A program made the position numbers and the translations under genes. Source: Saccostrea echinata (Eukaryota). Taken from it: 64,000 nt of DNA. The stretch is taken from the NCBI RefSeq assembly GCF_033153115.1, contig NW_026889776.1, positions 3,782,001 to 3,846,000 of the forward strand, written 5' to 3'. The notes below the pieces were generated by a model that saw only the letters and a list, made by a program, of their open reading frames with translations, had not been told where the DNA came from and made no database searches. Positions 40,211 to 53,376 of this stretch are shown one piece after another (the first letter of the stretch is position 1; each line of letters begins with the position of its first letter).

Positions 40211-41401
40211 CAGTGGCTGCAACGTTATTGTTGACAATTTACACGAATGATCACGTTACACGAACGATTCCGCACGACTAACGCACGATAAAATCTGTTA
40301 CACGAACGATCCTTCACGCACACGATTCTACACGTTACACGATCTTACACGATTGCTAACGCAAACGCACGATTCTTCAAGCAAAATAGTTCAAATTCTT
40401 TAGGAATGGATATTTTCAAAACGAAATAACTAAAGGCTTAATACTTATTTTAGATTTCACATAATCATTGATATTATTTCATCGACTTTGAAAAATGAAA
40501 AAAAACAACATAGAAATGGATATTTCTGGAACTACATACATGTAAGACTTCTTAATTATTTTAGATTACAAATAATTATTTACGTAATTCTCCGACTTAA
40601 GAAAACTTTTTTTTTGTTCTATCAGAAGTTGTAAATGTAGGTGGACCGTGAGTTTTGATTGAATTGGATCTCATAATATGCAGAAAGGGAATAAGTTTGA
40701 AAAAATGGCACGAAAATGAATTAAATTATAAGTTATATTTATGTTTCCATTTGTGAATCTTTAAAATCAACAATTATTTTACAAATCATTTATTTGCAGA
40801 AATTATAAAAAATAATTAAAAATAAGCTCCAGAGATAAACACTGACAAACGAAACCCCACAATCATGTCGTGTACATTCGCATTTATGTACGCACTGAGA
40901 ATTGTTTATTTATTTATTTGTAAAAAAATATCTATTTTTGATCTATTAATTTTAAAAATATCTTGACCATAATTAGCAGTAAACATAATTAACATCAGAG
41001 AAAAAAATCCTTAAACATCTAAGTACGGTTTATCACAAAAAATCTCGCTATTTGACGAGAACACAATATTGTACGACTTACTTTATTGCTTATATCCAAG
41101 CGATAATTAGGTCGTTCTGCTTTCAATTATGTAAATCGCGCTTCATTTATTTTATTTGGATTGAAAAAAAAAAAAAAAAAAAAAAAAACAGACAAGCGAA
41201 ATACTTGCATAACAAATAACATTCCGATAAAAACTAACAAAACGAAATTTGCACGTTTCTTAACGCACGATCACGCACGATTAAAACCGCAAACGATTGA
41301 GTCTGATACACGCACGATCTCGCACGTTACACGAACGATCACGCACGTTACACGAACGATTCTACACGATTAGTTTCTCAACAATAACGTTGCAGCCACT
41401 G
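40211..41401. mobile_element. Non-autonomous DNA transposon with perfect 24-bp TIRs and CpG-rich subterminal repeats
   Basis: CAGTGGCTGCAACGTTATTGTTGA at 40211-40234 and its exact reverse complement at 41378-41401; TATGTA on both flanks. Confidence 0.92.
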
Positions 41402-41924
41402 TATGTAGCATTCATTAAAAAGTACAATTCCTTTCTTGTAAGATTTTAGGTGAGTACGCTTTTTGTTTTCAGCCATGTACTATGTTAGTTTTTCAATATA
41501 TTTTAAGTCTATAACTAATGGATTTGATAACAACTCTCAGAAGTATTATGATAAAACTAGATCAAACTTCTAAAACAATGTTATTAGATTAAAAACTTTT
41601 AAGGTTATCAAAATCTGAAAGGTCTTCTCACAAGTATACAAATGTATCTCAAAACTGCAAGTATATTTGCTAAAATCACGTGACTGCCACATCACAGAGG
41701 AGGTTTTAATAAAAATTCTTCCCGTCCTCAGCATGTAGTTTTAATCCTTAGTACAACTGATTGTCCCGAATAAGTAAAGTACTAAAAAGATTTGACCATC
41801 TCTTCCCTATTCTTTATAATGAATACATAATTGCAAACTATGTTTTCATATTTATTCCTCAGAAATCATTTTAAGTAGAGGATTCGAACGACTTTATATT
41901 GTGATGATTATTTTATTTAGGTTT

Positions 41925-42242
41925 TAGGTCCCTTGCGAGAATTTTTTTTTTACTTTTATGTCACCATATACGGGTGAAGGGTTTTAAATTTAAAATTCAT
42001 TCGTCCCTTAAGGCCATTGAGCAATGACGTTCTTTACCGTGCCAACGCCTTCCATGTCTAATGACCTTTTTTTAAAAATCTCATTCGAAAGACCAGTGAC
42101 CTTCACATCTAGAGCCGGGCGTATCTGAGGAACAGTCACTACCTTTCGTAACGTCTAATGTTACATGTACGGGAACAATTATAGAACCCGGTACCTCCCG
42201 ATCATGAAGTGAGCGCCATACCACTAGGCTACCGCGACTGGT
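41925..42242 (-). mobile_element. Degenerate tRNA-SINE (Meta+Deu-like family)
   Basis: Reverse-complement homology to 54905-55250, including the head (GGTAGCCTAGTGGTA...GGTTCTA). Confidence 0.7.
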
Positions 42243-42554
42243 ACAAGTACTTAATATTGTGAAGTGACTTGATTTGTTTGATCCCCTTGTCGCACACGAA
42301 CCTTTCTGAATGTTCTGTAAAAAGGGTGTCGGTGCAAGTGAGTAACATAATTACTACGTACTTTTTATACAACAAGTGAAGTAATGGTGTACTAAATTAC
42401 CAGAAAATGTTTTGGAAAAGTCATTTCGTTATATGTTATGTTATTTCATGAGGTTTTCTAGTTTTCAATTTTAAATAATTTTGGGCTATTTCCCTTTTTG
42501 CATCATATCTTCTATGTATATATGTATCACCTTAAGCAAGGTTGAGTTTGTTTG

Positions 42555-42702
42555 GTCGTATTATGACTGGCATGTTTCCCACCAGTTGTTAAGTCATCGC
42601 TTTTACACAAATAAGACTACGGCTTACTTAGTTTCCCTGATCCAAACAGAGCTAGGATATTAGGGCTTACTGAGGATGTGACAGGTTGACAGGGGATACT
42701 TA
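42555..42702 (+). mobile_element. Penelope-like (Naiad-type) 3' fragment, degenerate
   Basis: GACTACGG...CCTGATC...GATGTGACAGGTTGACAGGGGATACTTA. Confidence 0.55.
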
Positions 42703-43274
42703 ATATGTAATGGAAACAAACTTTAATAGAATGAATTAACTGAAATATTGATGACCGACACATTCCCATTTCTCCTTCTTATTTAGCCTGCTTACCGTAT
42801 TTTATCGTGTTATGCCTTTTAATGTGAAAAAAGATGCAAATATTACAAAAATCTGAAAATATTCGAAGAACCAAGGTGTACTTTTTTCAATGGAAATTTT
42901 TGATGATTCCCCTCTCTGTTTGTTTGATAATGTAATCTTTTATATAAAGTATAAATTATGTTTTTCATTTGTAAAATTGCAAGCAATTCCATTAAAGTGT
43001 ATGAATAATACAGAGTCACGTTTTTATGGTGATATAAGAGTTTTAATGTGCGTCATCTATATGACTCACAAAAGACTCCTACTCTGAAAGACTAGATCTT
43101 CCGCATTCGTAGTTCCAGTATGTTAATCATTCTGTTAGTGATTATACTTCTATAAGAGTGTACGATTTAATTCACAGTTTAAGTGAGAAGAAAAAATGCT
43201 TCTACTATAATTCTGTTCATTGAAATACATCAACTGCTGTTATTAAGATTGTTTCTGTGAAAAAATCAATTGAT

Positions 43275-43555
43275 CTCCAAAGGTCATTTTTCTTGTTAAG
43301 GAATAGTTCCTATAATGGTCTTGTTATCAAATATAACTTATCAATGGGTCGTATTTTGCCTGACGTGTTTCATATAGTGAATATTGATCGATCTCAGAAA
43401 CTTTCAAACAATACAAATTTGAGTACATGGCATGAAACCGAACCCCTGGAAGTTCTAAAGGTGGGATCAGGTACCTAGGACGAGTAAACATTCCCCTGCT
43501 GACCGATCCCGGCCCCTGTGTATTGATCAGGTAGACGAAATAATCCATAGTCATA
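43275..43555. mobile_element. Penelope-like (Naiad-type) fragment: ORF end on +, 3' UTR inverted
   Basis: The + strand encodes YNGLVIKYNLSMGRILPDVFH (ORF C-terminus); 43380-43555 is the 3' UTR on the - strand. Confidence 0.65.
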
Positions 43556-43759
43556 CTTAATAATCCTCAGTATAATTCAATACTGCGAAGTTACAAACAG
43601 AAGTTGGCTTCTTGATATTTCAAACATTATCCTTTTTTGCATTTTTTACAGAAAATAATATAATCTAAAATACACCTACAAAGTGTGTAAATTGACGGAA
43701 TCGCTACCTATTTGCATACATGCGTCTTACATGCATATGCATTGGAAATAAGGACATGG

Positions 43760-44356
43760 AATAAAATATATGGCGATAACGAACAATATGCAAGCTCAAA
43801 AGTCCATTAAACAATACCAATTTTAGAGCTGAGCAAACACGGACCTCTAAAACATCAGAGGTGGGATCAGGTGCCATGGAGAGGTGAGCATATCCTGCCG
43901 ACCGGTCACACCCGCCGTTTGCTCCTTGTCATGATCGGGAAATGACGGAAAAATTCGTCGTCAATTCAATGTGTAATTAATGGCCTAACAGTTAGTATGA
44001 AAAACGTCAGTCAGCATTTGACTTAATGATAAATTGTATTTGCTGACAAGGTCATTGTATCAACAATAGAACTTACGAAATGACGATTTTAAACGAGACT
44101 GCCGATATTCTTGTTTCATCAACTTGTTTGTCAATAACTTACCTCGTTTTAGAAATTGTTCAGATGTATAGCATGCTCTTAGGTATCGAATCAACTGAGA
44201 AATATAAACCCCGTATGCAGGTGATGAAGGTATATTGCTGCATAAGAAAGGGAAGTTGACGATTCAAAAGTTAAAGTCATCACTTTTATCATAAAGCTTA
44301 GTTGTCAGATTACCATTAAAGTCTTTTTCAAGTAAAATATCCAAATATGAAACAAA
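43760..44356 (-). mobile_element. 5'-truncated Penelope-like retroelement (Naiad-type): RT motif 7 + thumb remnant + 3' UTR
   Basis: 44356->43985 translates VSYLDILLEKDFNGNLTTKLYDKSDDFNF*IVNFPFLCSNIPSSPAYGVYISQLIRYLRAC...SRLKSSFRKFYC*YNDLVSKYNLSLSQMLTDVFHTNC*. The ORF ends after the thumb with no C-terminal GIY-YIG, as in the Naiad/Chlamys group. Confidence 0.82.
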
Positions 44357-45844
44357 ACTGTAAAACATATGTTATATGGAACTGATAAAATAGATAATAA
44401 AATAATAAAGAAATAAGAAAAGGATAACAAAATATGAGAAAAAACAATAGAAATGATATTAAATGACAAGTTTAATTCAAAGGTCATATAAGATGAAAAG
44501 CAACACGATCAAGGTTACTTAAAGAGACAAGACCTAGTCTATATATTTACAGAAATGGTATATAACATTAATGTGGCACATTTAATTGCTTGTTAAGAAA
44601 GGCATTTGCCTATTAATACTTGATATTTTTTAAAATAAAATACAGTATAGATGAAGGAAACGATAAAGGAAAAAAAATATATTTAAACAAAGCCATCAAG
44701 ACACAACACATTTTACTAACAATAATAATATTGAGAAAGATGACATGGAAATAAAAAGGAAATAACAATAATAAAATGAAGTAATCAGAAAAAAAAACCC
44801 TCACAACTTTTTTCAAACCATTTTTTTTTATCAAAGTAAAATAGTTCTATTAATCTAAATAAATACCCTAATCAATCAATCAATCAATAAATATATACCA
44901 TTGGAACAATATTAATAAAACAAAGATTATATATTTAATGAAGTTTTTCTATCTGTATATTACTGTCGTCTGTAAATATACTTTAAGGACTACTTCGTTT
45001 ACTAAATTGTGTTCTGGTTTCGTAAATTTATAATGCCTTCAAAACAATGCATAAATTAAGTGCATAAATATATAAGAAAAGTCACTCCTTACTTAATGAA
45101 GAAACCATAGTTAGCATGAATAGGATGTGATAAAAAGAAAAAAAAAACATAGTCACCTTACCAAGAGTGTATGTTCTTGTTAAATACAGAAAGAATCCTT
45201 AAATACCGTTTAATCTTTATGATTTTTATAAAGTTGCTTTAAAGTTGCTATAAAACCTACATTAGATACTTTAATATTTTCGATTTTAACCCATACAATT
45301 GTAATAAACATGATTTTAAAATGATCTTTAGTGAATAGCACAACAATGTTATACAATGCAAATATATGTAAAGAACCATTCTATTATAACTGTAGACTAT
45401 AATTTTTCAACATCCAAGATATCATTATCATTTTTAAAAAACAGGAAACAGATCCTTGTGAAAGCAAGTTAAATCCAGCGGGAAAACGTTTATCTGATGA
45501 TATAACAAGATTTTACAAAGTCTTCCTTATTTTTAGCTTTTTTTATGTTTACAGGAATGACTCTTGTGGTTTAAAAGTAGTAACTTTATCGAATACAAGG
45601 CATTTTAAGTGATATGAAATTCGTTTTAAGTGTTTGAGGAAACTGGGGACAGTTATCAGATTAAAGTAGTAATGTACAGTCAGCTGTATGGCTCTTTTGA
45701 AAACGTCACTATGTAGAACAGTATTAACTTCCTTCTTCCGAATCTTACAATTTAATTCCTAATCACGTTGCTGAGAAATAATCTATTATTAAATATTAAT
45801 ATCAGTGTACGAGGGTCAATTTCGTAGTTTCGTTTTTTTTTTTT

Positions 45845-45945
45845 TATTATACCCTGCCATGAATATGGTCGGGGCAGATAGAGTTTGTCATGTCCGTCTT
45901 CCGTCCTTCCTTCCATCTGTCCTTCCGCCTGTCCTTCCGTCGCGC
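45845..45945 (+). mobile_element. Helentron/DINE-like element end with GTCY microsatellite
   Basis: TTATTATACCCTGCC...GGGGCAGATA followed by GTCC/TTCC repeats. Confidence 0.45.
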
Positions 45946-46427
45946 TGATTAAGAAAACTTTCTGTTGTAGATTCTTATGTATATCATAATGCTGTCCCCT
46001 TACTACACACACACACACACACACACACTTTATTGCAGTAGTGTGGAAAGTGTGTCATGTTATTGCATTAAAATAATTCCGGCAATTGAGAGATAAATTT
46101 TCACCCCTCCCGAGTTTTAGCAGTTATTTTTTTTCTTGTTTGAATTTGATAAAGTTGCTATAGGCCTTCCTTATTGAGATTAAACAGAAGTAGGGAGTTT
46201 GAAAGCTTTATAAACGTGACCTCAACGACGATCTCCGATTTTTTTTTCAGACATCCTTAATCAATAAGACATTCAGTATAATAAAATAAATAGTGCATGT
46301 TTTTTTAATTAGGGTAACAGTTGAAATTGACACTCCAGGGAAAACTTATGTCAACCGACGCGTCAACACATTAACAAAGCTATGCCCATCTGTGTCATCA
46401 CCAAAAATTGTTCTAAGAATACAGTAT

Positions 46428-47437
46428 ATTTGTTCGCCTGCAGAGCAGAGCGGCTATAAAGGATCACTTAACCAGGCGTCTGTGTAGCTGTTTGTCTGGC
46501 CGTCTCTCTGTCTGTCACACCCCATATCTCTAGAACTCTAAGAGGTATGGATTTGATATTTTTCACATATATTGCTTGGCACTATGGCTTTTGTAAATTA
46601 CAATGCTTACCTACCTCGTGACCTTTGACCTTGACCTTTAACATATTTTTAAAAATAGCTTAAAGTGCCGATATACAGCATATTTTGGTAAGTCTATGCT
46701 AATTAGCATGTGCACCGTTTGTCATAAGAAAAGATGAAAAAATACCAGCAATAACAATCCACTTGACCTTTGACCTACTTTGCAAAATATATCTCGGGCA
46801 ATTTCATTTTACTTATGACTTTTGAATTTTGAGAGGCAGGGTTTAAATAATTTGCATTTATGCATGTTTATGAGCTCATGGTAGTGTAATTTGAAACCAT
46901 ATGATATTCAACTACCAGACAGACTTATATTTTTTAATACTATGAAAATACATCGGGATCAGTATTTCAAAATGGATCGTGTAGACTGAGAATTTCAGTA
47001 AAGGCAGACTTTAAATCTCTTTTGAATGATCATTGGAAACATGTCTAGCTCATTAAAAAGTACTTTGAAACTGTATGATATTCAGGTACCACACAAACTT
47101 ATATTTATCAATATTCAACAATGGATCGTGTAGACTGAAAATTGTAGTTTTGACAGACTGAAATCTCTATTGGAGGATTTTAACAAAATGACAAATAGTT
47201 ATTCCTTATAATTTAATTAATCATTTGAGGGTTAAGAAACCATATTTTCTTTGATTGTTAGATTCTATCGCAGTCATACTATCCATGGATGCCATTTTTT
47301 TTCCTTGCAGGCAAATGCATGAACTTTCAGTCAATCATGCTTATAGTAAATAAAAAGCTGACAACTCTTAGATTTATTTACATCTTTAATTAAGCTACAA
47401 AGCATGCGACACATGCGTTCCTTGGAACAGTCTAGTT
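46428..47437 (+). mobile_element. Helitron/Helentron-like non-autonomous element
   Basis: 5' GTCT repeats, internal TGACCTT motifs, internal duplication (~46900-47020 vs ~47073-47168), 3' hairpins GCATG..CATGC and GTTCC-TT-GGAAC, then CTAGTT. Confidence 0.5.
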
Positions 47438-47602
47438 TGAATAGATGTAGAACACATTTGAAAAATAGAGTAAAGGGCATTTATTTGTTTTATTTGCTTG
47501 GATCTGCAAGTCCATCTATATTAATTGAATAGATTAAAGACAGATGAACGAAAATATAAAACAATTATAGTGCATTACACTTGTATATATTATAGCAAAA
47601 GA

Positions 47603-47633
<31 letters not shown>

Positions 47634-47968
47634 ATCTCTGTATATATGTAAAGCTAATGTCATCTTAGCAGCACATAAAATTATTAAATAGATAATGAAA
47701 GCAAAAACTTATTATATTAGAAAAAGTATTTTTGTATATTTATCTCCTTTGAATACCAAAACCTGGCCAACAGATTGTCATTGATTTCAAGAAAGTTCAA
47801 CATTCAGTTCTGACTTGGCAAGTTCTAATTCAATTAAACAGGAAGTCAAGAGAAATATTTTACACGCATTTCATCGTTGCTCTTCTGTTTACCAAATGAC
47901 AGGCGCAATTTCTAAGACAAATAACATAGTTCAGAGGTAATTACTAATAACAGGTAGATCAACTACAT

Positions 47969-48137
47969 TCACTTGAGTTCATCATACTTGGAAGGTTGCC
48001 TTAATTGTCCAAGTTCTTGATAATCTGGGATATCTTCAAGTCTATTATAAGTGGATGTGTTTTCGTCAAATGTGGAACTCTGTTGGCTTATTATTATCTC
48101 AGAATTCTTCCTTTCATAATGAATATGTCTAATATTC
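47969..48137 (-). CDS. Gene B last coding exon: cytoplasmic tail with three YxxL motifs
   Basis: CAG|G acceptor in phase 2, matching the TM exon; NIRHIHYERKNSEIIISQQSSTFDENTSTYNRLEDIPDYQELGQLRQPSKYDELK-TGA. Confidence 0.82.
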
Positions 48138-48637
48138 CTGTTACGTAAATATACAATTAAAAGATGGCAGCTTGACATAAAAAGGGGAAAAAATCTTATT
48201 ATTTGTCAAAAATTCTATTTCTAACGCTCTATTGTTTCAAACCAGATATCATTTTTAAGGTCAGAAAACATTTTCCTGAATAATTTATCATTTTTTTTAG
48301 ATGATTTAATTATTGCTACTTCTGTAAGTGTTCCCACTAAAAAAGAGGCACATAACCAGTCGTTTGTGCAATATGACAAAGGCTGGTATTTTCCTATAAA
48401 ATCCAATTGAACATCCCCGGAATTGCTGCTATAGCAATTTTTTTGTTTATGTTTTTTTTTCTTTTTCTTTTTCTTTTTTTTTGTATTTTTTTTTTTAAAC
48501 AGCTTAGAAATCAGAAGATAATAAAACGTGTAATTGTTATATTTTTTACAGTAGGTATATTAAATAGAAATAAAAAAAAAAGATAGGAGGAACGTGTTGC
48601 AAGATTTTAAATAATGAAATCAATATAAAAAACTTAC

Positions 48638-48749
48638 CGAACAATAAGGAATATGTTGAGAAAAATACTTATAAAGAGAATCGGAACCACAACATACTGA
48701 GCTGAATAATCCTCGCCGTTTGATTCGTTTTCTGACGATCGCTGGATTA
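48638..48749 (-). CDS. Gene B stalk + transmembrane exon (not in the ORF track)
   Basis: Poly-T..AAG|TA...CG|GTAAGT, 112 nt, phase 1-2; VIQRSSENESNGEDYSAQYVVVPILFISIFLNIFLIVR. Confidence 0.85.
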
Positions 48750-49613
48750 CTTCAATAAAAAAAAAAATAAAAGATCCATGACAACAATTTAAATCGGATT
48801 TATACTCGTTTGATTAATAGTGAACTAATATTAGTTTATTCTGTCAACCAAAAATGCTCCCCTACAAGGGAAAAGAATAGCATTCCATTTTTTTTCTACG
48901 AATGCTCCGTTAACACTATCAAGAAAAGGTTCATGGTTTGTAAGACGTCGGAACAGCATTATAACCCCGCCATGGAATTTAATCCCATCTCTGACATTTC
49001 CGGGGGTCCGTTTTCCATTGCATTCAATTTAATACAGGACTTTTGAAGGAACAAAAATAGAGAGAAATCCAAAAGGGTCTCAATTGTGCAACATTAAGCA
49101 TGTGCTGATGATATCATATGAGGAAAACAAAATTTGATATAAATTTGCAATCAATTATATTTTTTTCGATACATTTTCACACTCTGAGAAAATCTGCATT
49201 TTATGTGAGAATGATCTTAATCAAAATGTTTTTGTTTGTTTGTTTCAACTTTTGATTTTGTTTTGTTTGGGTTTTTTTTTCTTTGAATATGTAAAATTTA
49301 CTAAAGATTGATAGAATGATTGTAATTGTAGGTCTTTAGCATTAATTTTTCACTCATATGAGACGTCAATATATATTGGTTAAGGGCTTTTTTTTTTTAA
49401 ATTGAAATCAAATAATATATATTGTTAGACTTCATTTAAAGAAAGGCCAATTTTTTCCTTTCATACCTTTGCCATAATTAAAGTTGATATTACAACCCTC
49501 TTTACACGAGCCATTGCTTGAAAAACAGGTTCCATTTAAACAAATTGGACTGCAATGTTGATCACATCCTGGTCCGTAACGATTTTGGTTGCATTCTACA
49601 TGTATAAAAAATT

Positions 49614-49818
49614 NNNNNNNNNNNNNNNNNNNNNNNNNNNNNNNNNNNNNNNNNNNNNNNNNNNNNNNNNNNNNNNNNNNNNNNNNNNNNNNNNNNNNNN
49701 NNNNNNNNNNNNNNNNNNNNNNNNNNNNNNNNNNNNNNNNNNNNNNNNNNNNNNNNNNNNNNNNNNNNNNNNNNNNNNNNNNNNNNNNNNNNNNNNNNNN
49801 NNNNNNNNNNNNNNNNNN
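49614..49818. other. Assembly gap (N run) inside a gene B intron
   Basis: Run of N; it could hide sequence, including one end of the adjacent mariner. Confidence 1.
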
Positions 49819-50600
49819 CGCGAACTAATTGAATAACTTCCTTAAAAGAAATAAAATGAGGTTTCAGTGTTCATTATTTTTCAAAGTAGTCCTCTCTAAT
49901 TTTAATGCACATCTGCAATTGTTCCGTCCATGCGCGAATCACGTGATCCAGGCGGTCACGTTACATGCTTACGTTAGAGGCTAAGAGATGTTTCCGAGTC
50001 TTATATTTCTTACCATGCAGGTAATTTTTTATAACAAGAACAGACCATCTGTCAGAAATGGCCAAATCTCGGCAATAGGATGGGTGGATAAGGATATCCC
50101 TTCCCAGAATTAGCATGGTGACCCTCACAACCCGAGTCCTCTGTCTCGGGAGCGTCGATTATCCAATGTGGAAGAAGTATGGACGCCTTCTTTTTTTCAT
50201 ATCTCATATGTTTAAAGTCTAAAGTAAAAGACATTTTAGTGATTTAATAATTACATTATTGCTAAGATATTCAACCATTTTTCTTATTTTAACGTGGAGA
50301 TCTTTCAAACCAAATTGCTCAACTAACGACACATCTTTTTACCGGCTTGCTTTCACTGGTCAACAGAACAAACATCATTTTTAACCATCTCCCTGCTTAC
50401 ATTAAAACATTTAATCCAATTAATGATTGAACTTCTGGTAAGTCTTTTGTCTTCATAAACCTTGTACAAATTATCATATTCCACTGCAGAGGAATTTCCG
50501 AAATATACGTTAAACTTTACAGCCTTTACAAATTCCATTCTGATCTGAATTAAGTTTTTTTAAATGTAGAGATAGTTCGCGAACTTTTTGATCACCCCTC

Positions 50601-50601
<1 letters not shown>
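49819..50601 (-). mobile_element. Internally deleted mariner element
   Basis: TIR TA|CGAGGGGTGATCAAAAAGTTCGCGAACT on the - strand; the inner part CGCGAACT reappears at the gap edge. 50353-50538 encodes a decayed mariner N-terminal HTH (VKFNVYFGNS...LYKVYED..LTRSSIINWIKCF..SREMVKND). Confidence 0.8.

Positions 50602-50683
<82 letters not shown>
50602..50683. repeat. (TA)n microsatellite abutting the mariner TIR
   Basis: About 40 TA units. Confidence 0.95.
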
Positions 50684-50685
<2 letters not shown>

Positions 50686-50702
50686 GGAAAATTTAATTCA
50701 TT

Positions 50703-50917
50703 TTCACATTGAATTGTACACGGATTTTCCTTTTATCCGAGCATGATAAGGAGCATGCCGCTTGTGTAACCAGTAACCAGGGGTTACTTAATCTTACATT
50801 ACTTACATTACACATGATCCCTCCTTTTTTCAGAGATCTGTGTTTGCTTTGCTCACAATCTGAATTGTTTAAATGGACTTTGGAACATGATTACTGTTCG
50901 TTATTTTCACATTTCAA
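50703..50917 (+). mobile_element. Penelope-like (Naiad-type) 3' UTR, degenerate
   Basis: Colinear with 9829-10055 (CACATTGAATTG..ACGGATTTTCC...CAGGGG...TGATCCC...CTGTTCGTTAT). Confidence 0.6.
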
Positions 50918-50972
50918 ATAGAACTAAAAAAATTATCTAGTTGAAAACCATTCAACGAAATGTCAAGTGAAG

Positions 50973-52282
50973 AAAAAGAGTTCCAATGACCTTACCGGTC
51001 ACCTGAGTATAACACAACACTTTTAAGAATCCACCAAAGATTGGAATAAAACAAAATATTTGAGAGATGGTGAGATGTTGTCACAAAGCAAAGAAAATAA
51101 GATGATCATGTTTGTTTGTTTGTTTGTTTGTTTATTGTTTAACGTCCCTCTCGAAAATTTTTTCACTCATGTGGAGACACCGCCACTTGCCGGTGGAGAG
51201 CTGTAAATGTTGTCCTATACTCGACACTTAGGGCCATTGAGCAGTGAGGGATCTTTTTCGTGCCAACACCTACTGCAACACGGGGCCTCAGTTTATACGG
51301 TCTTATCCGAAGGACCGGTCTCATCGTCCAACGGTGGGATTCGAACCCGCGGCGTAAGGATCAACTCCTTACTCCGCGATTCTAGAGTCAACGCTCTAGC
51401 CATCATTGATTAACAAAATAGTCAAGTGTTACAGTAGTACTCAGATTACATGTAATCAAAAATAAGATCTAATTATACACTCCTATTTGTCACTATCAAT
51501 ATGCAGACAAAATCATACAATATTACTAGATAAAATGTAGTAAAACTTTCACACACCCTCCTTCAAAAGTCTCTAGGTCTTTGAAGAATGTATTATGTAC
51601 AAAGATAAGGTATTTTTGTCTTATTTTTTTTTATCTGTTATTTACAAGTCTCTCAAGCCATTAAAACAATGAAAGTACTCGTTGTGCTCTATATCGTAAC
51701 CATGTACTTATTTTGTGTGCTTATAAAACCTAAGAGCAGGGAAGAAAATTTCAAGGAAGAAATGCATTTTGACTATATTATCAAAAGAAATTTCACCCTA
51801 GCACCAGATTTCCTGACCCAGGGTTAATTAAACAATTGGAAGAGGCATCTTTGCTCATTATTTCTATGCACTGAGTACATTTCCTTAATACCCAAATAAA
51901 TTAAAAGATGCATATAATCGATTGAGTCCCGCCTAAACACTAGCTAGAACCCCTGATTCAGAGGCCATGAATAACCCTCCAACTCTCGTTGCTTACAATG
52001 TAATACAATAATGCCAACAGTTAAACCGTTTGACGCCCAGGAATAAAGAGTGCATTTTTTTGGGAGTTTTTACTTCAACATAGGCAAAGAGGGCCTGGAC
52101 CATGAAATTCATCAATGTATGTTGCCCTCCGCCCATAAATGATTTATGCAAAAATTGGTTGAAATCGGTTCAGCGGTTCCAGAGAAGAAACTGAAAAAAA
52201 TTCCAATGTTAAAGCAGGACGAACGACAATGTACAAAATCAGATAGGTATAGGTCACCTGAGGTACTCAGGTGACCTGAAAA
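50973..52282. mobile_element. Helentron-associated non-autonomous element (HINE-like) with a nested SINE
   Basis: Subterminal GGTCACCTGAG at 50997-51007 and terminal palindrome AGGTCACCTGAG-GTA-CTCAGGTGACCT at 52251-52277; internal units related to the 59040-60380 satellite. Confidence 0.7.
51109..51400 (-). mobile_element. tRNA-SINE (Deu-only family)
   Basis: Reverse complement of the 62591-62887 family; B box GGTTCGAATCC intact; (CAAA)n tail. Confidence 0.9.
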
Positions 52283-52959
52283 TATAAATCATCATAAATT
52301 AGGGTTCTATTATTTGATATATGTTTAGCCTAGATTTATACAAAAGCAGATTTTTAATTCTTTACATATTTCGTTATTTACATAAATTTACGTAAATAAT
52401 GCTAAAAATATGAGTCTGTATGTTTCAAATATTACGAGTCTTAGAGTAATTGATATCGCCAGATGACTCGTAGACGTCAAACCGCCAAATCGCATGAACA
52501 GGAATTCGCAAGTGGACTTTTCATAAAAGTTCTTACATGTATTTTAGTATTTTTAATATGAAAGTGAGTAAATTTGCTTTTCGCAAAATAACACTATATT
52601 AAATTCCTCGTGTATATTTAAAAATCTACTGTAACAGTACTATCAATAGAACTTGGGCTTCTCTGAATCCTAGCCCTTATAGTAATGTGTATGCTTAGTG
52701 ATATATAAGTATCTAAGCAATGCTACAATACAATACCGTTGTCGTGGAAGAGAAAAGCAACCCCATTCCTGAAGTGTGAGTTTTGTAACTTTAATTATAT
52801 ATCCGGTTCCAAAATGTGATCAAATCTTACTTTACTCTGATAATTTATTATGCTTATTTAATAATTAATGATTTCAAGCGTAAAATTATTATTAGACTCT
52901 TCAGGGAGGATTGTGTACCAAAAAATGTCATTTTTAACTGCAATCTTTTAGTGGCCTAC

Positions 52960-53376
52960 CATCACAGTTCTGACCCTGCCATCCTGTTTTACAGATACAT
53001 TTTCCATTAGCTTGATGACAACCAGAAATGCAACCAAAACTACAGTTCTTGAGGCAATCAATTCCAAATTTTCCGTCAATACATCCTGAATTGCATAAAC
53101 CACTGATTCTACTGCATCCATTTTTACAATTTTTGTCGCAGGTTTTATCACATTGACTTCCATATTTGTCAACTGGGCATTCACCCTCACATTCTCCTGA
53201 GGTTATATTGCAGGCTGATAGGCATGATGTACTGCATTTCTTCTCACAGTTCTGCAAATAAAAACCCCTCTTACAGCCGAAAGTGCAGGATCCGGTGACA
53301 TTGTCACATATCTTTCTTTTACAATTGACACTACACTTATTGGAGCAATTAGACCCGTAATGATTGGAATCACATT
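52960..53376 (-). CDS. Gene B EGF-like repeat exon 2
   Basis: TAG|AA..G|GTAGG, 417 nt, phase 1-1, open; ECDSNHYGSNCSNKCSVNC...CICKTGWQGQNCD. Confidence 0.9.

Noticed and set aside
43985-44356. In-frame TGA codons as selenocysteine in the Naiad-type ORF
   Set aside because: They fall at positions that are not expected Cys sites (F*IVNF, FYC*YND) in a truncated, decayed copy; ordinary nonsense mutations are more likely
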